NCBI GenBank assembly: GCA_963924565.1
Contig: OZ004608.1
Span: 5,518,001 to 5,582,000, forward strand
Length of the DNA: 64,000 bases
Direction of reading: 5' to 3'
Source: Ascidiella aspersa
Lineage: Eukaryota
Part shown: positions 37,737 through 51,823 of the stretch, piece after piece
Numbering within the stretch: the first letter of the stretch is position 1
Layout: every line of letters starts with the position of its first letter
Program-made: the position numbers and the translations under genes
Notes under the pieces: model-generated
What the model was told of the DNA's origin: nothing
Databases searched by the model: none
Seen by the model: the letters and a program-made list of their open reading frames with translations, nothing else

Positions 37737-38330
37737 ATGGAGGAAGTCTGGCATTTCACCTGTTCCGTTGAGGGGATTCGATCGCGATACAAAAACGGAA
37801 ACGAAGATTTTTACTCGGAGAAGGGAATGGAAGACGGAACAATGTGGCACGTGGAGTTTGGGCCGGTTGACGACGACGACGAAAATGGCGACTATGATGA
37901 TAATCAGCTGGCTGGAACTTGTGGATTGCTGAAGGTCTCAGACAGCCAGGCCATTCCTTCTTACTGGAAAGACGCGAAATGGGCTGTGAAGCGAACTATC
38001 ACCGAAGCTGACTCGATTGAAAAAAGTGAAAGCGAATTCGTGTCCGAATACAGCGATATAATGATGAAGAATATCGCCTTCACTCTTCGGGGCCAAGGAA
38101 TGGAAGAGTGCTGTAATGTTGAAGCCAGTATTGGCAGATTGCAGGTTGTTACGCATAGTGAGGTAAAGAAGTATGCTACTACCGGCAAAGGCGTACATGG
38201 TCTCATAAGTTCTGCAAATAAGGTTACTATGTACGAAGCTGCAACCTGCTTGGCCGATAAGTTCGGTTCTGGCGTTGTGAGATGGTTAGGCCGTTGCACC
38301 GATCCTGGAAGATGGCAGAATTCCTGGTAG
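37737..38330 (+). CDS. Array gene AB, chimera with A-type N half and B-type C half, 197 aa
   Basis: N half matches A2 (TCSVEGIRSRYK, ENGDYDD); sequence after IAFTLRGQ matches B1. Confidence 0.85.
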   Translation: MEEVWHFTCSVEGIRSRYKNGNEDFYSEKGMEDGTMWHVEFGPVDDDDENGDYDDNQLAGTCGLLKVSDSQAIPSYWKDAKWAVKRTITEADSIEKSESEFVSEYSDIMMKNIAFTLRGQGMEECCNVEASIGRLQVVTHSEVKKYATTGKGVHGLISSANKVTMYEAATCLADKFGSGVVRWLGRCTDPGRWQNSW

Positions 38331-41300
38331 CCGTATTAGAATTGTGATATTGTGCATAATGTTCAAGTCAATTATTCGGCAACCTTGATTGTGATTATAC
38401 CACTTTAATGCAATATTAAAACACAAACCTTACTAATTTGAACGCTTTGTATTGCTTCGGTGTTCGCTACAGAAAAGAAGGCAGTAATTTGATAGCGCAC
38501 ATTAAAGAGCTTTTATCAATAAAATTGGGGCGTTTTTAAAAGGTCATTATGATTTGTTGCCAGAGCCGGACCCAGAGTGGCACGAGGTCACGACCCCCCA
38601 AACAATATTTTTGCTAATTTTACCACCTATAACCTAAGTAACAAAATAAATAGTTTTATAGTTATAATAAGTTATTCTGGTATTTATTTGTCTTACTTTT
38701 AGTAAATTATTCTTGCATAAGAAATCGTGCTCCTGTAATGATTATTCATATTTGTTCGATATGTGCTTCTTCAAATCACCAATGAAAACCTTGCTTTCAC
38801 GAAATTTAAATATAAAGATAACTGCGCATTCAACGTTTGCATATTTATCATCCCGTCAGCGTGCTTTAGTATTTTCGTAATTGGTTTTCGCATCTATAGC
38901 TTCTCACCACCTACTTTATAGCTGTGCATAACCACAAGTATACAAATCTGAGTGATGTAGAATTACCGAACCGAGATAAAGTAAATATTTCATGAGATAT
39001 ATATGTGTTTGTTTTTTGTCGCATTATATATTCAAGTGTGTATCAATTGTAGCTGCCTAAACAATAAAATTGACTTGTTAAATCATCATGATTGTTCTCA
39101 TTCTGTAAACTAAGTTCCCGGACATAACATAGTTATGGATAGTTACAATTATATCGATTCATTGCGATTTATTAGGAAGCCTAATGAATACATAAGAACA
39201 ACTTAATCCCCTCATTTTGAAATCGTAACAGGAATATGGATTCCCGATATTATTAAACTTAAACAGATCTCCGATCTTGAGTGGCAATATCGGTACTCGT
39301 TCGATTCTTTGAAAGCATCATGTCAAATCCTAAAACAAACCGATATACCAATTTCAACCATGACTTATAAGCCAAATACGCAAGCCAATACCTACTATAC
39401 AAAAGGTTACTTGTTAGTTCCATCCCAATTTGCAAAAATACATTATACCCAACAGTAACCCTACAACTCATACACACTATAGGTCTATTGTCTGTCGTTC
39501 ACATAACCTATGGCCATATACAGAAACAATTACCTTTTAGACTTGTGAGGCGTTTGCGGCTATTATATTTATTTAAGCCCCTTTAGGATTTATGCTTTTT
39601 TTGCTTAAAGGTATTACTACAAAAGTCGATAAATTATAAGTAAAATAATATTATAGTTATGGCAATAGTTAGTATATTTATCTGCCCTAACACAGTTTTG
39701 TGCTTTAAAACGCTTATTCTTGTTCCTTCTCAAGCCAATACGAAATTATTCTTGTCATGTTGAGCTCCGCTTTGCAAATACAGTTTGACAGCGAGAAAAA
39801 TATTTGTTTTATTGCACAACGCAAGCATTCTTTCTCACGAGAGCAAGGTTTCGTCGTAAAACAAAAAAAGCTTTAACTATGTTGCTAATTTGTAACTATT
39901 AGTCGATAGCGATGGCGTTTGACAAGCGTATAAGTGATTTCTCACAGCCAGTTATCGGCAGGTAAGAAGCAACTTTTAACTCTATGCGTAAAGTTGCATG
40001 TGAAACAGATTCTTAGCTCCCACAAATAGATTTAAAACTTAGTTTCAGAAACCGAAGATCCTGGCCAATCAGCTAGGTCAGTGGTTCTCAAACTGTGGAC
40101 CATGGCCCGGGAGTGGGACACAAGACTATTTTCAGTGTGCCGTGGAGCTATTTGTAAATATTGCAGCTAAATATGTTTTGTTTTTCTAAAATAATTGTTA
40201 GCATATCTAAAACCATATAGGCATAAGACCAATTTCCATATTGTTGACAATTTGCGAACTTTGCACGAAATGGCGAAGTCTCACGGCATATGTTTTTAAC
40301 TACGCAATTAGCACGGTAGTTTACTTTAAATTCCAGATGTTTTCGTACAAAGATATTTATTTCCATAAATGAACCGGGTGTGAAAAGGATTACTTGAATG
40401 TTATTTGAATCAATTCATTTATTGAGAAATTGTCCGACTTTGTAGGCGTAAATTACAGACATGCAATTTCATTCTCAAACATTTTTGGTTTGCGGTCCAC
40501 TAAAATAATCGCGGTAAAATCCCTGCAAAACACGTTACAACTGCCCCTAGCAAACTGTCTATAAGGCAATAGCCTAATTATTATTACTTTTGTAGTGGAT
40601 AGTGTGCATTTAGGCCCGCATGCTTGTCTATTTTCCTATTTGTTACACATTAGTTATTTTTCAAACTTACAAAACTGACTTTAAATGTCGTTTAACCCCG
40701 TGCTGATAGTAGTTCTTACACTAATTTTTGGGGACTTTTCGAATTGCTAATATTGAAATGCTACTGATATAGGGTGTAAGCGAACAGGCGTATTCTGAGA
40801 ATCACTGAATTCAACAACTTACTGGGGGCCACTGTGGCACTCTCGTACTTTACCACTGCCCCAAGACAAGGTTCTTTTTACCAACTATTACTCAATATTC
40901 GTGTTTGTCGAACAAACTGGAAATTGTCGAACAAACTGGAAAAACTAAATCGAACATTCGCATCTTATGCTTTGGCGCACTTTACTTGGATATAAGCATA
41001 CTTAATCATATTGCACCTATACCCGCTAAAGTTCGACTAACAACAGCATTTTTTTTAAGTTTTTTACATGAGATAACTCTCGTGACGTATGATTAAAACT
41101 TAGTTGATTAATAAAAGTTGTTCTGTGCACTCACATAGTAAAACAAAATTGGTCGAAAAGTATTTCGTAAGCAGCGAAATTATTAATTGACACCACAACT
41201 TACACACGAAAGGCTGCAGAATTCGTAAGCGCTTCTAAGGTAACATTTCGAGTAGTTATAGGTTCAATTAGGATCGCCATAAGGCGTAATCGATTTTTTG

Positions 41301-41709
41301 CTGGGCAGCGACGTCAGATGTTGACACACAACCGTGACGTCATATATATATATATAAGCAATACGACATCGTATATCGATTCAACAACGCTATACAGCCG
41401 AAAGACCTTTTGTTAATACAACCGTTCCGTATATTTCCAGTTCGACTCACAAAAATCTCGCATAAATCAGCTCATATTTGACAAATTAGCTGAAAACCGT
41501 TCTTAAAAATCCTGCTTGACGGTTCGAATCCCTGGTTTAAGCTTTGCATTTTCTTAGGCAGAATTGTTTTGCCTAGGTTATTTTAAGTCTTTTCTTGCTG
41601 CATTTAGTTGGCTTTAACTCGCTCTACTATTTTAGTCAAGCAGGAATTTTTCAATTGTTGAAAAAACACCATTTGTTTGTTGATTGCTGCTGTTCCGATA
41701 AAGATAAAA

Positions 41710-42303
41710 ATGGAGGAAGTCTGGCATTTCACCTGTTCCGTTGAGGGGATTCGATCGCGATACAAAAACGGAAACGAAGATTTTTACTCGGAGAAGGGAA
41801 TGGAAGACGGAACAATGTGGCACGTGGAGTTTGGGCCGGTTGACGACGACGACGAAAATGACGATTATGATGATAATCAGCTGGCTGGAACTTGTGGGTT
41901 GCTGAAGGTCTCAGACAGCCAGGCCATTCCTTCTTACTGGAAAGACGCGAAATGGGCTGTGAAGCGAACTATCACCGGAGCTGAATCGATTGAAGAAAGT
42001 GAAAGCGAATTCGTGTCCGAATACAGCGATACAATGATGAAGAACATCGCCTTCACTCTTCGGGGCCAGGAAATGGAAACGCATTGCGGTTATGAAGAAT
42101 CAAATGGCACTTGGGAGGTTGAGACGCATGTGGAGGTGACGCATTATGATGATACTGGTGAAGGTGTTCACGGTCTAATTACTTCGGCGAATGAAATTAC
42201 TTTGAACCAAGCTGCCATCTACTTGGCCAAAACTTTTGGGCCTGGCTTGGTGAGATGGGTTAGCCGTTGCGTTAAACCCGGAGGGTGGAGATACTCTTGG
42301 TAG
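41710..42303 (+). CDS. Array gene A3, 197 aa
   Basis: Intact ORF; 3 aa differences from A2. Confidence 0.85.
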   Translation: MEEVWHFTCSVEGIRSRYKNGNEDFYSEKGMEDGTMWHVEFGPVDDDDENDDYDDNQLAGTCGLLKVSDSQAIPSYWKDAKWAVKRTITGAESIEESESEFVSEYSDTMMKNIAFTLRGQEMETHCGYEESNGTWEVETHVEVTHYDDTGEGVHGLITSANEITLNQAAIYLAKTFGPGLVRWVSRCVKPGGWRYSW

Positions 42304-43516
42304 CAATCTTCGCTTAATACAACACTTTAATTCGCTGATCTTTAATATTTCCCTTTTAACGCAATATTGAAACACATGCGATTAACAATGTTTATCAGTA
42401 TTGTTTGTTTCTGTCTATTGGTTAACAAATAATCTTACCTAATCGTGCTCCTGTAATGATTATTCATATTTTGTCGTTATGTGCTTCTTAAAATACCTAA
42501 CGAAAATCATTCTTCAACGAAATTTCAATATAAAGATAACTGCGCATTCAACGTTTATATGTTTATCGCCTCGTCTGCGTGCTTTTCTATGTTCGTAATT
42601 GGTTTTCGCATCTATAGCTTTTCACCACCTACACTATAGCTGTGTATAACCACAAGTATACAAAATCAGGTGATGTTGAATTACCGAACCGAGATGAAGT
42701 AAATATTTCATATGATGTGTGTGTTTGTTTTTTGTCGCATTATATATTCAAGTGTGTATCAATTGTAGCTGCTTAAACAATAAAATGTAATTGTTAAATT
42801 ATCGTGATTGTAAATTTAATTCAAAAAATTGTAACTTAATATACGTTAATGCTAATGTAAAATGACGTCATTTAACATGGAATCAGCTAGTCTTAAAATG
42901 TGTGCCGTGGAAGTTTTGTAAGTTTGAAAAATAACAAATGTGTAACACATAGGAAAATAGGCAAGCATGTGAGACTAAATGCACACTATCCATTACAAAA
43001 TTAATGATAATTAGGCTATTGCCTTATATACAGTTTGTTAGGGACAGTTGTAACGTGTTTTGCGGGGATTTTGCCGCTAATATTTTAGTGGACTGCAAAC
43101 CAAAAGGTTTGAGAATAAAATTGCGTGTCTGCAAATTTGGCAACGAAGCGTTGTACTCAGAAACCGGAATGAAGGACGGCGAAATGTGGCAGGTGAATTT
43201 TGGCCCAGTCGACGTCAATGATGACGATGACAGTAAAGATAACGTAGACGATAACGTAGAGGATGACTTCGATGATGAAGTCGACGATGATGACCAACTA
43301 GTTGGAATTTGTAGATTGCTGATGATATCTGACCTCCAGGCCATTCCGACTCATTAGGAAAAGGTGGAATGGGCTGTGAAGCGAATTTTCACCGAAACTC
43401 GGTACATTAAAGAAAGTGAAAGCGAATTCGTGTCCAAATACAGCGATACAATGATGAAGAATATTGCCTTTATACTCAGGGGCGAAGGAATAGAAGAGTT
43501 CTGCAATGCTGTAGAG

Positions 43517-45351
43517 CAGTGTTTCTTAACCTTTTTCACCCCAGGGCGCACCTGTAAACCTTTCGAAACGTGGCGGCGCACCTGACGAGCGAGTCGACTG
43601 CTAACTTTGTTTTTTGCTGGCAGTTTTTATTACATCAGGCTCCCAATTCTATTATATATTAAACAGCTTGCGGAGTCGGTTAAAAATAACCCGACTCCAA
43701 CTCCCGAATCCGACTCCGGCCAAATGTGTGATTTCGTCAAATTCCGAGTCCGTCTGCAAACCTACAGCATTTAATTTTCCCATTTACGTAACTAAATTAA
43801 GGTGGATTTTCAACAATCCCTTCATAGGGGTGTTATATCTCATCCAACCACAATACATTGCTGGAAAATATCCACGATATGCTATTTCGCCATTTTAATT
43901 TGCATTTGGCGGCATTATTAGTTCAAAAATTGGCACTGCGCACGTCGGACTCGGGACTCGGGACTCCATCAGTCCGATTTCAGCAAAATAAATCGATTAC
44001 AGTACGCCGAGTCTCAAAAACTACACTGACCTGCTATAAAATACGATGTGCTCAATAAGACATAACCTAAAAAGAAAGAAAATAAATGAAATAGGCCATT
44101 CATGTTGTAAATTATGAAAACATACCGTATGTTAGTTAAAGTTCGATGGAAACACAGAATAAGCCCCAAGAGCAACAACATCTAACTCGGAATAAATCCA
44201 AAATGTAACGGAAAAAAACTAATAATGCCCAAAACTGTAAAAAAAACAGGGTATGGGACGATTAAAGGACATATTCTTGGCATCGGCCGTTTTTGTGCCA
44301 TAGTGTTAGGGCACAGGATTGTTTGCCTCTGTTTGGGGTTAGGCGCGAGTAATGGGTAGAATTATAATTTGGGGGGAGTTTGTATTGAAGTTATGGGTGG
44401 GGTTTGGGTAGGGTTCCTCTTTTCCCCACATTTTTTTACACCCGGGAAACGGGATTGACAAATGAAACTTCCCGGGAATCCTGACGAAATTTTCGTGCCC
44501 TAATTACGTCATTATGATGATTAAAATTACTTTATATTAGCTCCAAACGTTTAATTAAGCTCATTTATGTTCTGTAGTATTGCTTCTGCAATCTTACAAG
44601 ACGTTCTCGTATTAACGTCAGCACCCTTATTTGTTTTTTTTAGAAAACACGCGCATATTAGGCGTTTTTTTATTGGTAAAATAAATTTAATTACGTTTTT
44701 CCGCTGGTAAGCGCAAAAAAAGCAACTCAAGCAACGACTTTAATAGGTTTGGCAACATTTTTTTCTTTATATTAGTCAAAAACGATAATTTTTTTTAAGT
44801 TTTGCTATGTTGCCGAATAACCGGGATTATAAAAAAAATTTCCCGGGATTCGGGATCGTTATTTCGCGGGAAAGCCCGGGAATTTCCCGTCGAAACATTC
44901 CCGGAGAGGAACCCTAGGTTTGGGGTTAAGTAAAAGGTAGGAAAGGCCTTATTCTTGCCATTTAGGCCTTATTCGGACGAATTGAGGTCTTATTTTGATT
45001 TAAACGCTATTACGAGTATTAGGTATTAGTCCTATTTTGGTCTTACTCCGAACTGTTTTATATGTCGAAGTAGCTGTTGCTTTAATTGTGGTCTTAAGGC
45101 GGAAGCCCCACTAGATTGCAATAGTTCCTCTTTCTTTGTTAGCTAAGAGCCAACATCAACCATTGGCACTTCAATAAGGGCTACGAATCCAGTCATATTG
45201 CTCAGTGTTTATTCACAGAAAATAGTGACTAGAGTTTATTCTAAAATTATTCGCAAATTCTACAAATAATACAGAATTTTTGTAACATTTTTTCCCTTTT
45301 TCTCGCGGTGCACCTGGCCACCTTCCACGGCGCACCGGTTGAGAAACGCTG
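43517..45351. mobile_element. Duplicate of the 1835-bp hAT element
   Basis: Same TIRs, same TSD CTGTAGAG and same site, so copied by segmental duplication. Confidence 0.92.
44409..44916. mobile_element. Duplicate nested TAGGG-terminus MITE
   Basis: Same TIRs and TSD GGTTTGGG. Confidence 0.9.
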
Positions 45352-48337
45352 CTGTAGAGTGTAGACAGTGTTGGTGATTTGAAAGTTGTGACGCAATTTC
45401 GCGTCAAGACGTATAGAAATTCTGGTAAATGCTTCCACGTCCTCATCACTTCAACTATAGAGGTTACTTTTTATGAAGCTGCAACCTGCTTGGCCGAAAA
45501 GTTCGGTCCTGATGTTGTAAGATGGTTAGGCCGTTGCACCGATCCTCAAATATGGCAAGATTCTTGGCAAAGATATTATGATTGCGCTATTGTGCATAAT
45601 GTTTCTGCAATAATTATTCGGCGACGTCGATTGTGACTATACAATTTGACGCAATAGTAAAATACAAACCATATTTAATTTGTACGCTTTTGTATTGGTG
45701 CTCGCTACAGAAAAAATGCAGCAAATTGAGAGTACACAATGCAACTAAGAGAAGTTTTTGGCAATAAAATGGGGACGTTTTTAAAATGTCATCAATATTT
45801 GTGGCCAGAGCCGGATCTAGGCACGGGACCATGGTCCCCAAACTATATATTTTGCTAATTTTAACTATACCTAAGTAAAAAAACAAATAGTTTTAGTATG
45901 TATAGCCCATTTTAAGGGTAACTTTGCAGACTTCCTTGAGGTATGACGTCACAAATTTCATCATAACGTGACGTCATAAAACATTTAACCTTAGAAAAGC
46001 TGTTTTTTTCTAGCGCACAATCCTTCGCCCAAATGGAGCTGTAATACAGTCCAATAGGTTAATGGTATAGCAAAGGGTAAAAAAAAACTATACGTTACGC
46101 ATAAAGCACATAAAAAAGAGTCTTGCATATGTTCCGAAACAAAGGAATTTATCGTACAATTTAGCAAAAAATACACTTTACGAAGTTTATGAGCGACACG
46201 ATGCAACATACGACGAGCCAAATTCCAAGTGGGCTAAAAAGATTTTCGAAAAATGGACGAAAACGTTGTAACATGGATAGATGCTTGCCAAACGTTTTTG
46301 TAATACCGTGATAAAAGTAAAAATATATAAGAATCTATTTTGTGGGCATGGCCCTATGGCTCCACCTCTCTTGATTAGCGCCAGACACTTTCAAAGGACT
46401 CGTGTGAAGTTTCAAAGTGCTTAGTGTTCAACCGCTTTAAATATGCCGTATTCAACACCGGCAACCAATAAACAGCTATTTCAAATCAAGGGGAAGTTGC
46501 TACGTAACCTCACGTGACTGCTCTTAAAACCGCCTATTGGCTGGAATAGGCGTCATTTCGGAGGTCACGCGTACCTCGTGCCACTTGATAACGTTAAAGA
46601 GAACGCTGACTATAAAGAAGGGCATACTCAATAAGACCTACAAGGCAACAATATCTAAAGCGGAATAGTCTTTAATACCGTAGTTTTACGACCAACGACA
46701 TAATAAAGCCAAATACAAAGTAATATCCATGACAGAATAAGATCTAAATCGTCTAAAAATTATCCACGCCAGATATACATACGTGTGTTTTTAAATAAAC
46801 ATATATTACATATCCATAATAAAGCCACATATAGCAATATCCACGACAGAATAAGATCTAAATCGTCTAAAATTCCAACCGTCAAACATCTCCCAACCGA
46901 CAATTAAACCGCCACTGTGGTATCTTTTCACATCTAGGAAGACAATACCCTAGTAACCTGGTCATACAAGTACTTACAGAAGGCAAATTTATATGTCGCG
47001 ACATTCCCAATGTTTCGAGAAATTCCTATTCCCTAACTTTTATCGCTTTGGCACGTTTGTCGTCCTTAAATTAAGTTCTACCCATGACTGATTTTTTAAA
47101 TACGTCAACAGTCGAACAAAAAACATCTAACAACCATCCATTAGTAGCGCACGTTTAATTCGCGAAAGCGAATGATCCTTATAATATTGTTTTTGTGCAA
47201 ATAAAAACAAAATGCTGCGCCAAAGTTTTGGTAATTGTTTCGAGAAAGTCGTTTGTGGGGACAACTTGGCAAACATTTCACTATGCACATTCAGTAACCA
47301 GATTTTACTCCGCATTTGTCCAAAGATACAGCGTAATATATCTGCTAACAATTAACTCATTAATATCTGCGGAAGTCTTGTTGCGTATGCATAGACGCGT
47401 TTCCTGTAGGTGTATGCAAGTATAATTACGTTAAGTAAGAACACTAGCCCTATTCTATATACTGGTTTACGTTTAATCATATGAATTTGATAGTCATTTA
47501 TTTTTTTGTATTAAAGTAGATTATAGTCTCTGCGTGCGCACCAGGCATAGACGTGTTTGCTGTACGTTAATAAATAGATAATACATGTGACGTATCTATT
47601 TTTTGTTTGTATCATATTCTGGTTTTCTAAACGATATTGTTCGAGTTTCTTAAGACTCATGCAGCCATCATTACCTTATGAAATCGTGGTAAAATATTAC
47701 TAAATATGGTGTAATAGGGACAATTAGTGTGTGTTTTCGCAGTTGAAACAGTTTGTCTAGACTTTTCTGTCTTGGTAATAGGAAGTCATTTGTAAGTTCC
47801 ACTGGTTCATGAAGTATATTTCGCCACAAAACACGGCATCATCAGTCTCTTAATGAAATACAATTTATTTGAAATTTATAGCTTCTATTCGAATAAGAGA
47901 CTGTTGTCTTATTTTGTTGCGAAATATATTTCTCTTTTAAGCGATTAAAACTTATAAATGACTGACGTTGACCAAGACAGGAAAGTCTACTCTAAAGAAG
48001 AGTTGCTTCCATTTGAAGTCGTCATTTATTTGTAAGGGCGACGAGACATCTTCATATTTTACACAATCAGTTTGCCATTGATACAGTTATGGTTGCCTTT
48101 AAAACGAGGTAAAGCGCTTAGCAATGTCAAAACAGGGCCCCATTCGGTTTAAATACCTGGTTTAAGCTTTGCGTGTTCTTATAGTCACAATCTTTTTACC
48201 TGAATTATTTACGTATTTTCTTGCTGCATTTATTTGGCTTTAACTCGCTCCACTATTTTGGTCAGACAGGTATTTTCCAATTGTTTGAAAAAAACAGCTT
48301 TTATTGATTGTTTGCTGCTGTTCCGATAAAGATAAAA

Positions 48338-48931
48338 ATGGAGAAAATGTGGCATTTTACCTTTCCTGTTCAGAGGATTCTACGGCGATACGAAAACGGA
48401 AACGAAGAATTGTACTCGAAATGCGGGATGCTAGACGGAACAATGTGGTACGTGGAGTTTGGGCCGGTTGCCAGTGATACCCACCTGGCTGGAAATTGTG
48501 GATTGCTGAAGGTGTCAGCCAACCCGAACGGCCAACCCGAACCCATTCCGTCTTGTTGGAATGAAGTGGATTGTGCTCTTAAGAGAATATTCACAGAAGC
48601 TCACGACACGGAAAATAAAGTAGTTGCATTCCGATCTGAATACAGCCCTACAATGAAGAAGAATATTGCCTTCACACTTCGGGGCCAGGGAATGGAAAAG
48701 TTCTGCGGTCGTGAAGAAACATATGTAGGATCAAATGGCTCTTGGGAGGTTGAGACGCATGGCGCGGTGACGCATTATGATTATTCTGGTAAAGGTGTTC
48801 ACGGTCTAATTACTTCGGCGAATGGAATCGATTTGAACGAAGCTGCCATCTACTTGACCAGCAAGTTCCCTGGCTTGGTGAGATGGGTTAGCCGTTGCGT
48901 TAACCCCGAAGGGTGGCAATACTCTTGGTAG
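48338..48931 (+). CDS. Array gene C3, 197 aa
   Basis: As C1 except AASYL>AAIYL. Confidence 0.85.
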   Translation: MEKMWHFTFPVQRILRRYENGNEELYSKCGMLDGTMWYVEFGPVASDTHLAGNCGLLKVSANPNGQPEPIPSCWNEVDCALKRIFTEAHDTENKVVAFRSEYSPTMKKNIAFTLRGQGMEKFCGREETYVGSNGSWEVETHGAVTHYDYSGKGVHGLITSANGIDLNEAAIYLTSKFPGLVRWVSRCVNPEGWQYSW

Positions 48932-51823
48932 CAATTAAAAATCTTCGGATTGTGCAGATAAAATACAACAGTTTAATTCGCTGATCTTTAATATATCCCT
49001 TTTAACGCAAAATTTAAAAACATGCGATTATCAATTTGTTTTAGTATCGAGGCTTAATTGTGTTTGTCTAAAATGTTTAATGAATAATCTTGCATAAGTA
49101 ATCGTGCTCCTGAAATGATTATTTATATTTGTTCGTTATGTGCTTCTTCAAATACTTAAAGAAAACCTTGCTTTTACGAAATTTAAATATAAAGATAACT
49201 GTTCACTTAACGTTTGCATGTTTATCGCCTCGTCTGCGTGCTTAAGTATTTCTGCAATTGGATTTCGCATCTACAGCTTTTCACCACCTACTTTATAGCT
49301 GTTTATAACCACAAGTATACAAAATCAGGTGATGTAGAATTACCGAACCGAGATAAAGTAAATAATTCATGAGATATGTGTGTTTGTTTTTTGTCGCATT
49401 ATATATTCAAGTGTGTATCAATTGTAGCTGCCTAAACAATAAAATTGACTTGTTAAATCATCGTGATTGTTCTCATTCTGTAAGCTTTGTTTCCGGTCAT
49501 GTCATAGTCATGGATAGTTATAATTATATCGATTCATTGCGATTTATTAGGAAGCCTTGTGAATAGGGAAATTAAACTTAAGCCTCTTGCGTTATGGTGA
49601 GAAATTGTAAGAGGAATATGGATGCCCCGAGGAATATGGATGCCGATATACCCATTTTACCCATAGCTTCCAAACGTAGCGTGTAAACTAAATATAAAAT
49701 TGTAACTAAATATAAGGTAACGCTAATGTAAATGACGTCATTTGACATGGAATAAGTTACTTATTCAGTACGTTTTGCCCCAAAACTTGGGTATCAATAT
49801 CGCAACCCACTACATACTATTAATAAAGGTAACCTCGCGATTGTTAGTTCCATCCCAATTTGCAAAAAACCCTACCCCAACAGTAACCCTACAACACATA
49901 TACACAAGGTCTGTTGTCTGGCGTTCGCATAGCATGTAGCCATAGACATAAACTTACAGCTGTTAGCTTTGTGAAGCGTTTGCCGCTATTCAATTTATAA
50001 ATAAATAAATAAATTTAATTCTGCCCCTTTAGATTCTACGCTTTTTCTCATAAAGATATTCTTACATAAAGTTATTGAAATCAAAGTAAAATGATATTAT
50101 AGTTACTGCAATAGTTAAAATTAGTATAGTTTATCTGTCCTTTTTTGCTCAAACTAGTTACTTCTTATTCAAGCCAATACGAAGTTATTTTTGTCATATT
50201 AACCTCCGCCTTACAAAATACCCTTTGACCCCGAGATGAATATTTGTTTTATTACACAACGCAAGCATTCTTTCTTACGAGAGCAAGGTTTCGTCGTAAA
50301 ACAAATAAAAGCTTTAACTATGTTGGTAATTTGCAACTACTAGTCGTAAGCGATGGCTTATATAATTGCAATCTAAAAATCAAAAAACATTTAATTGCAA
50401 TCTAAAAATAAACCGGGGATAAAAAGGATTATTAGAAGGTTGTTTGAATTTATGCATTTATTGAGAAATTGTCCGACTTTGTATAGGCGTAAATTGCAGA
50501 CACGCAATTTTATTCTCAAACCTTTGGGTTTGCAGTCCACTAAATATTAGCGGCAAAATCCCTGCAAAACACGTTACAACTGTCCCTAGCAAACTGTATA
50601 TAAGGCAATAGCCTAATTATCATTAATTTTGTAGTGGAATTTATCATTACTTTTTGTAGCACTTTTGTAGTGGAGTGTGCATTTTGGTCGCACGCGTACC
50701 CATTTTCTTATTTGTTACACATAAGTTATTTTTCAAACTTACAAAACTTTCACGGCACGCAGTTTAAGAATAGCTGACTTTAAATGTCGTTTAACCACGT
50801 ACTGATAGTAGTTCTTACAATAATTTGTTGGGGGCTTTTCGAATGTATAATATTGAAATGCTACTGATATAGGGTGTAAGCGAACAGGCGTATTCTGAGA
50901 ATCACCAAATTCAACAAGTTTCTGCGGGCCACTGTGGCACTCTCGTACTTTACCACTGCCCCAAGACAAGGTTCTTTTTACCAACTATTACTCTATATTC
51001 GTGTATGTCGAACAACTGGAAATTATTTTTCCAAAGTTTGAGTAATTGAAAAGTAGCGCCAAACTAAATCGAACATTCGCATCTTATGCTTTAGCGCACT
51101 TTACTTGGATATAAGCATACTTAACCATATTGCACCTACTCGCTATATTTCGACTAACATCAACAATTTCGTAGGTTTTTTGCATGAGATAACTCTCGTG
51201 ACGTATGATTAAAACTTATAGTTGATTAATAAAAGTTGTTCTGTGCACTCACATAGTAAAACTAAATTGGTCGAAAACTATTTCGTAAGCCGTGAAATTA
51301 TTAATTGACTCAACAACTTACACACGAAAGGCTGCAGAATTCGTAAGCGCTTCTAAAGTAACAATTCGAGTAGTTATAGGTTCAATTAGGATCGCTATAA
51401 GGCGGAATCGATTTTTTGTTGGGCAGCGACGTCAGATGTTGACACACAGCCGCGACGTCATATATATATATAAGCAATACGACATCGTATATCGATTCAA
51501 CAACGTTATACAGCCGAAAGACCATTTGTTAATAAAGCGGTTCTGTATATTTCAGTTCGACTGACAAAAATCTCGCATAAATCAGCTCATATTTGACAAA
51601 TTAGCTGAAAACCGTTCTTAAAAATCCTGCTTGACGGTTCGAATCCCTGGTTTAAGCTTGGCATTTTCTTAGGCAGAATTGTTTTGCCTGGTTATTTTAA
51701 GTCTTTTCTGGCTGCATTTATTTGGCTTTAACTCGCTCTACTATTTTAGTCATGCAGGAATTTTTCAATTGTTGAAAAAACACCATTTATTGGTTGATTG
51801 CTGCTGTTCCGATAAAGATAATA

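Larger units (their letters stand above)
43139..45570 (+). pseudogene. Array pseudogene P4, interrupted by a hAT element
   Basis: Duplicate of P3 at offset 15887. Confidence 0.88.

Noticed and set aside
25380-50985. The whole array as an assembly artefact
   Set aside because: Copies carry private SNPs, indels, insertions and chimeric junctions, so the array is real. The exact number of near-identical blocks still needs long-read confirmation
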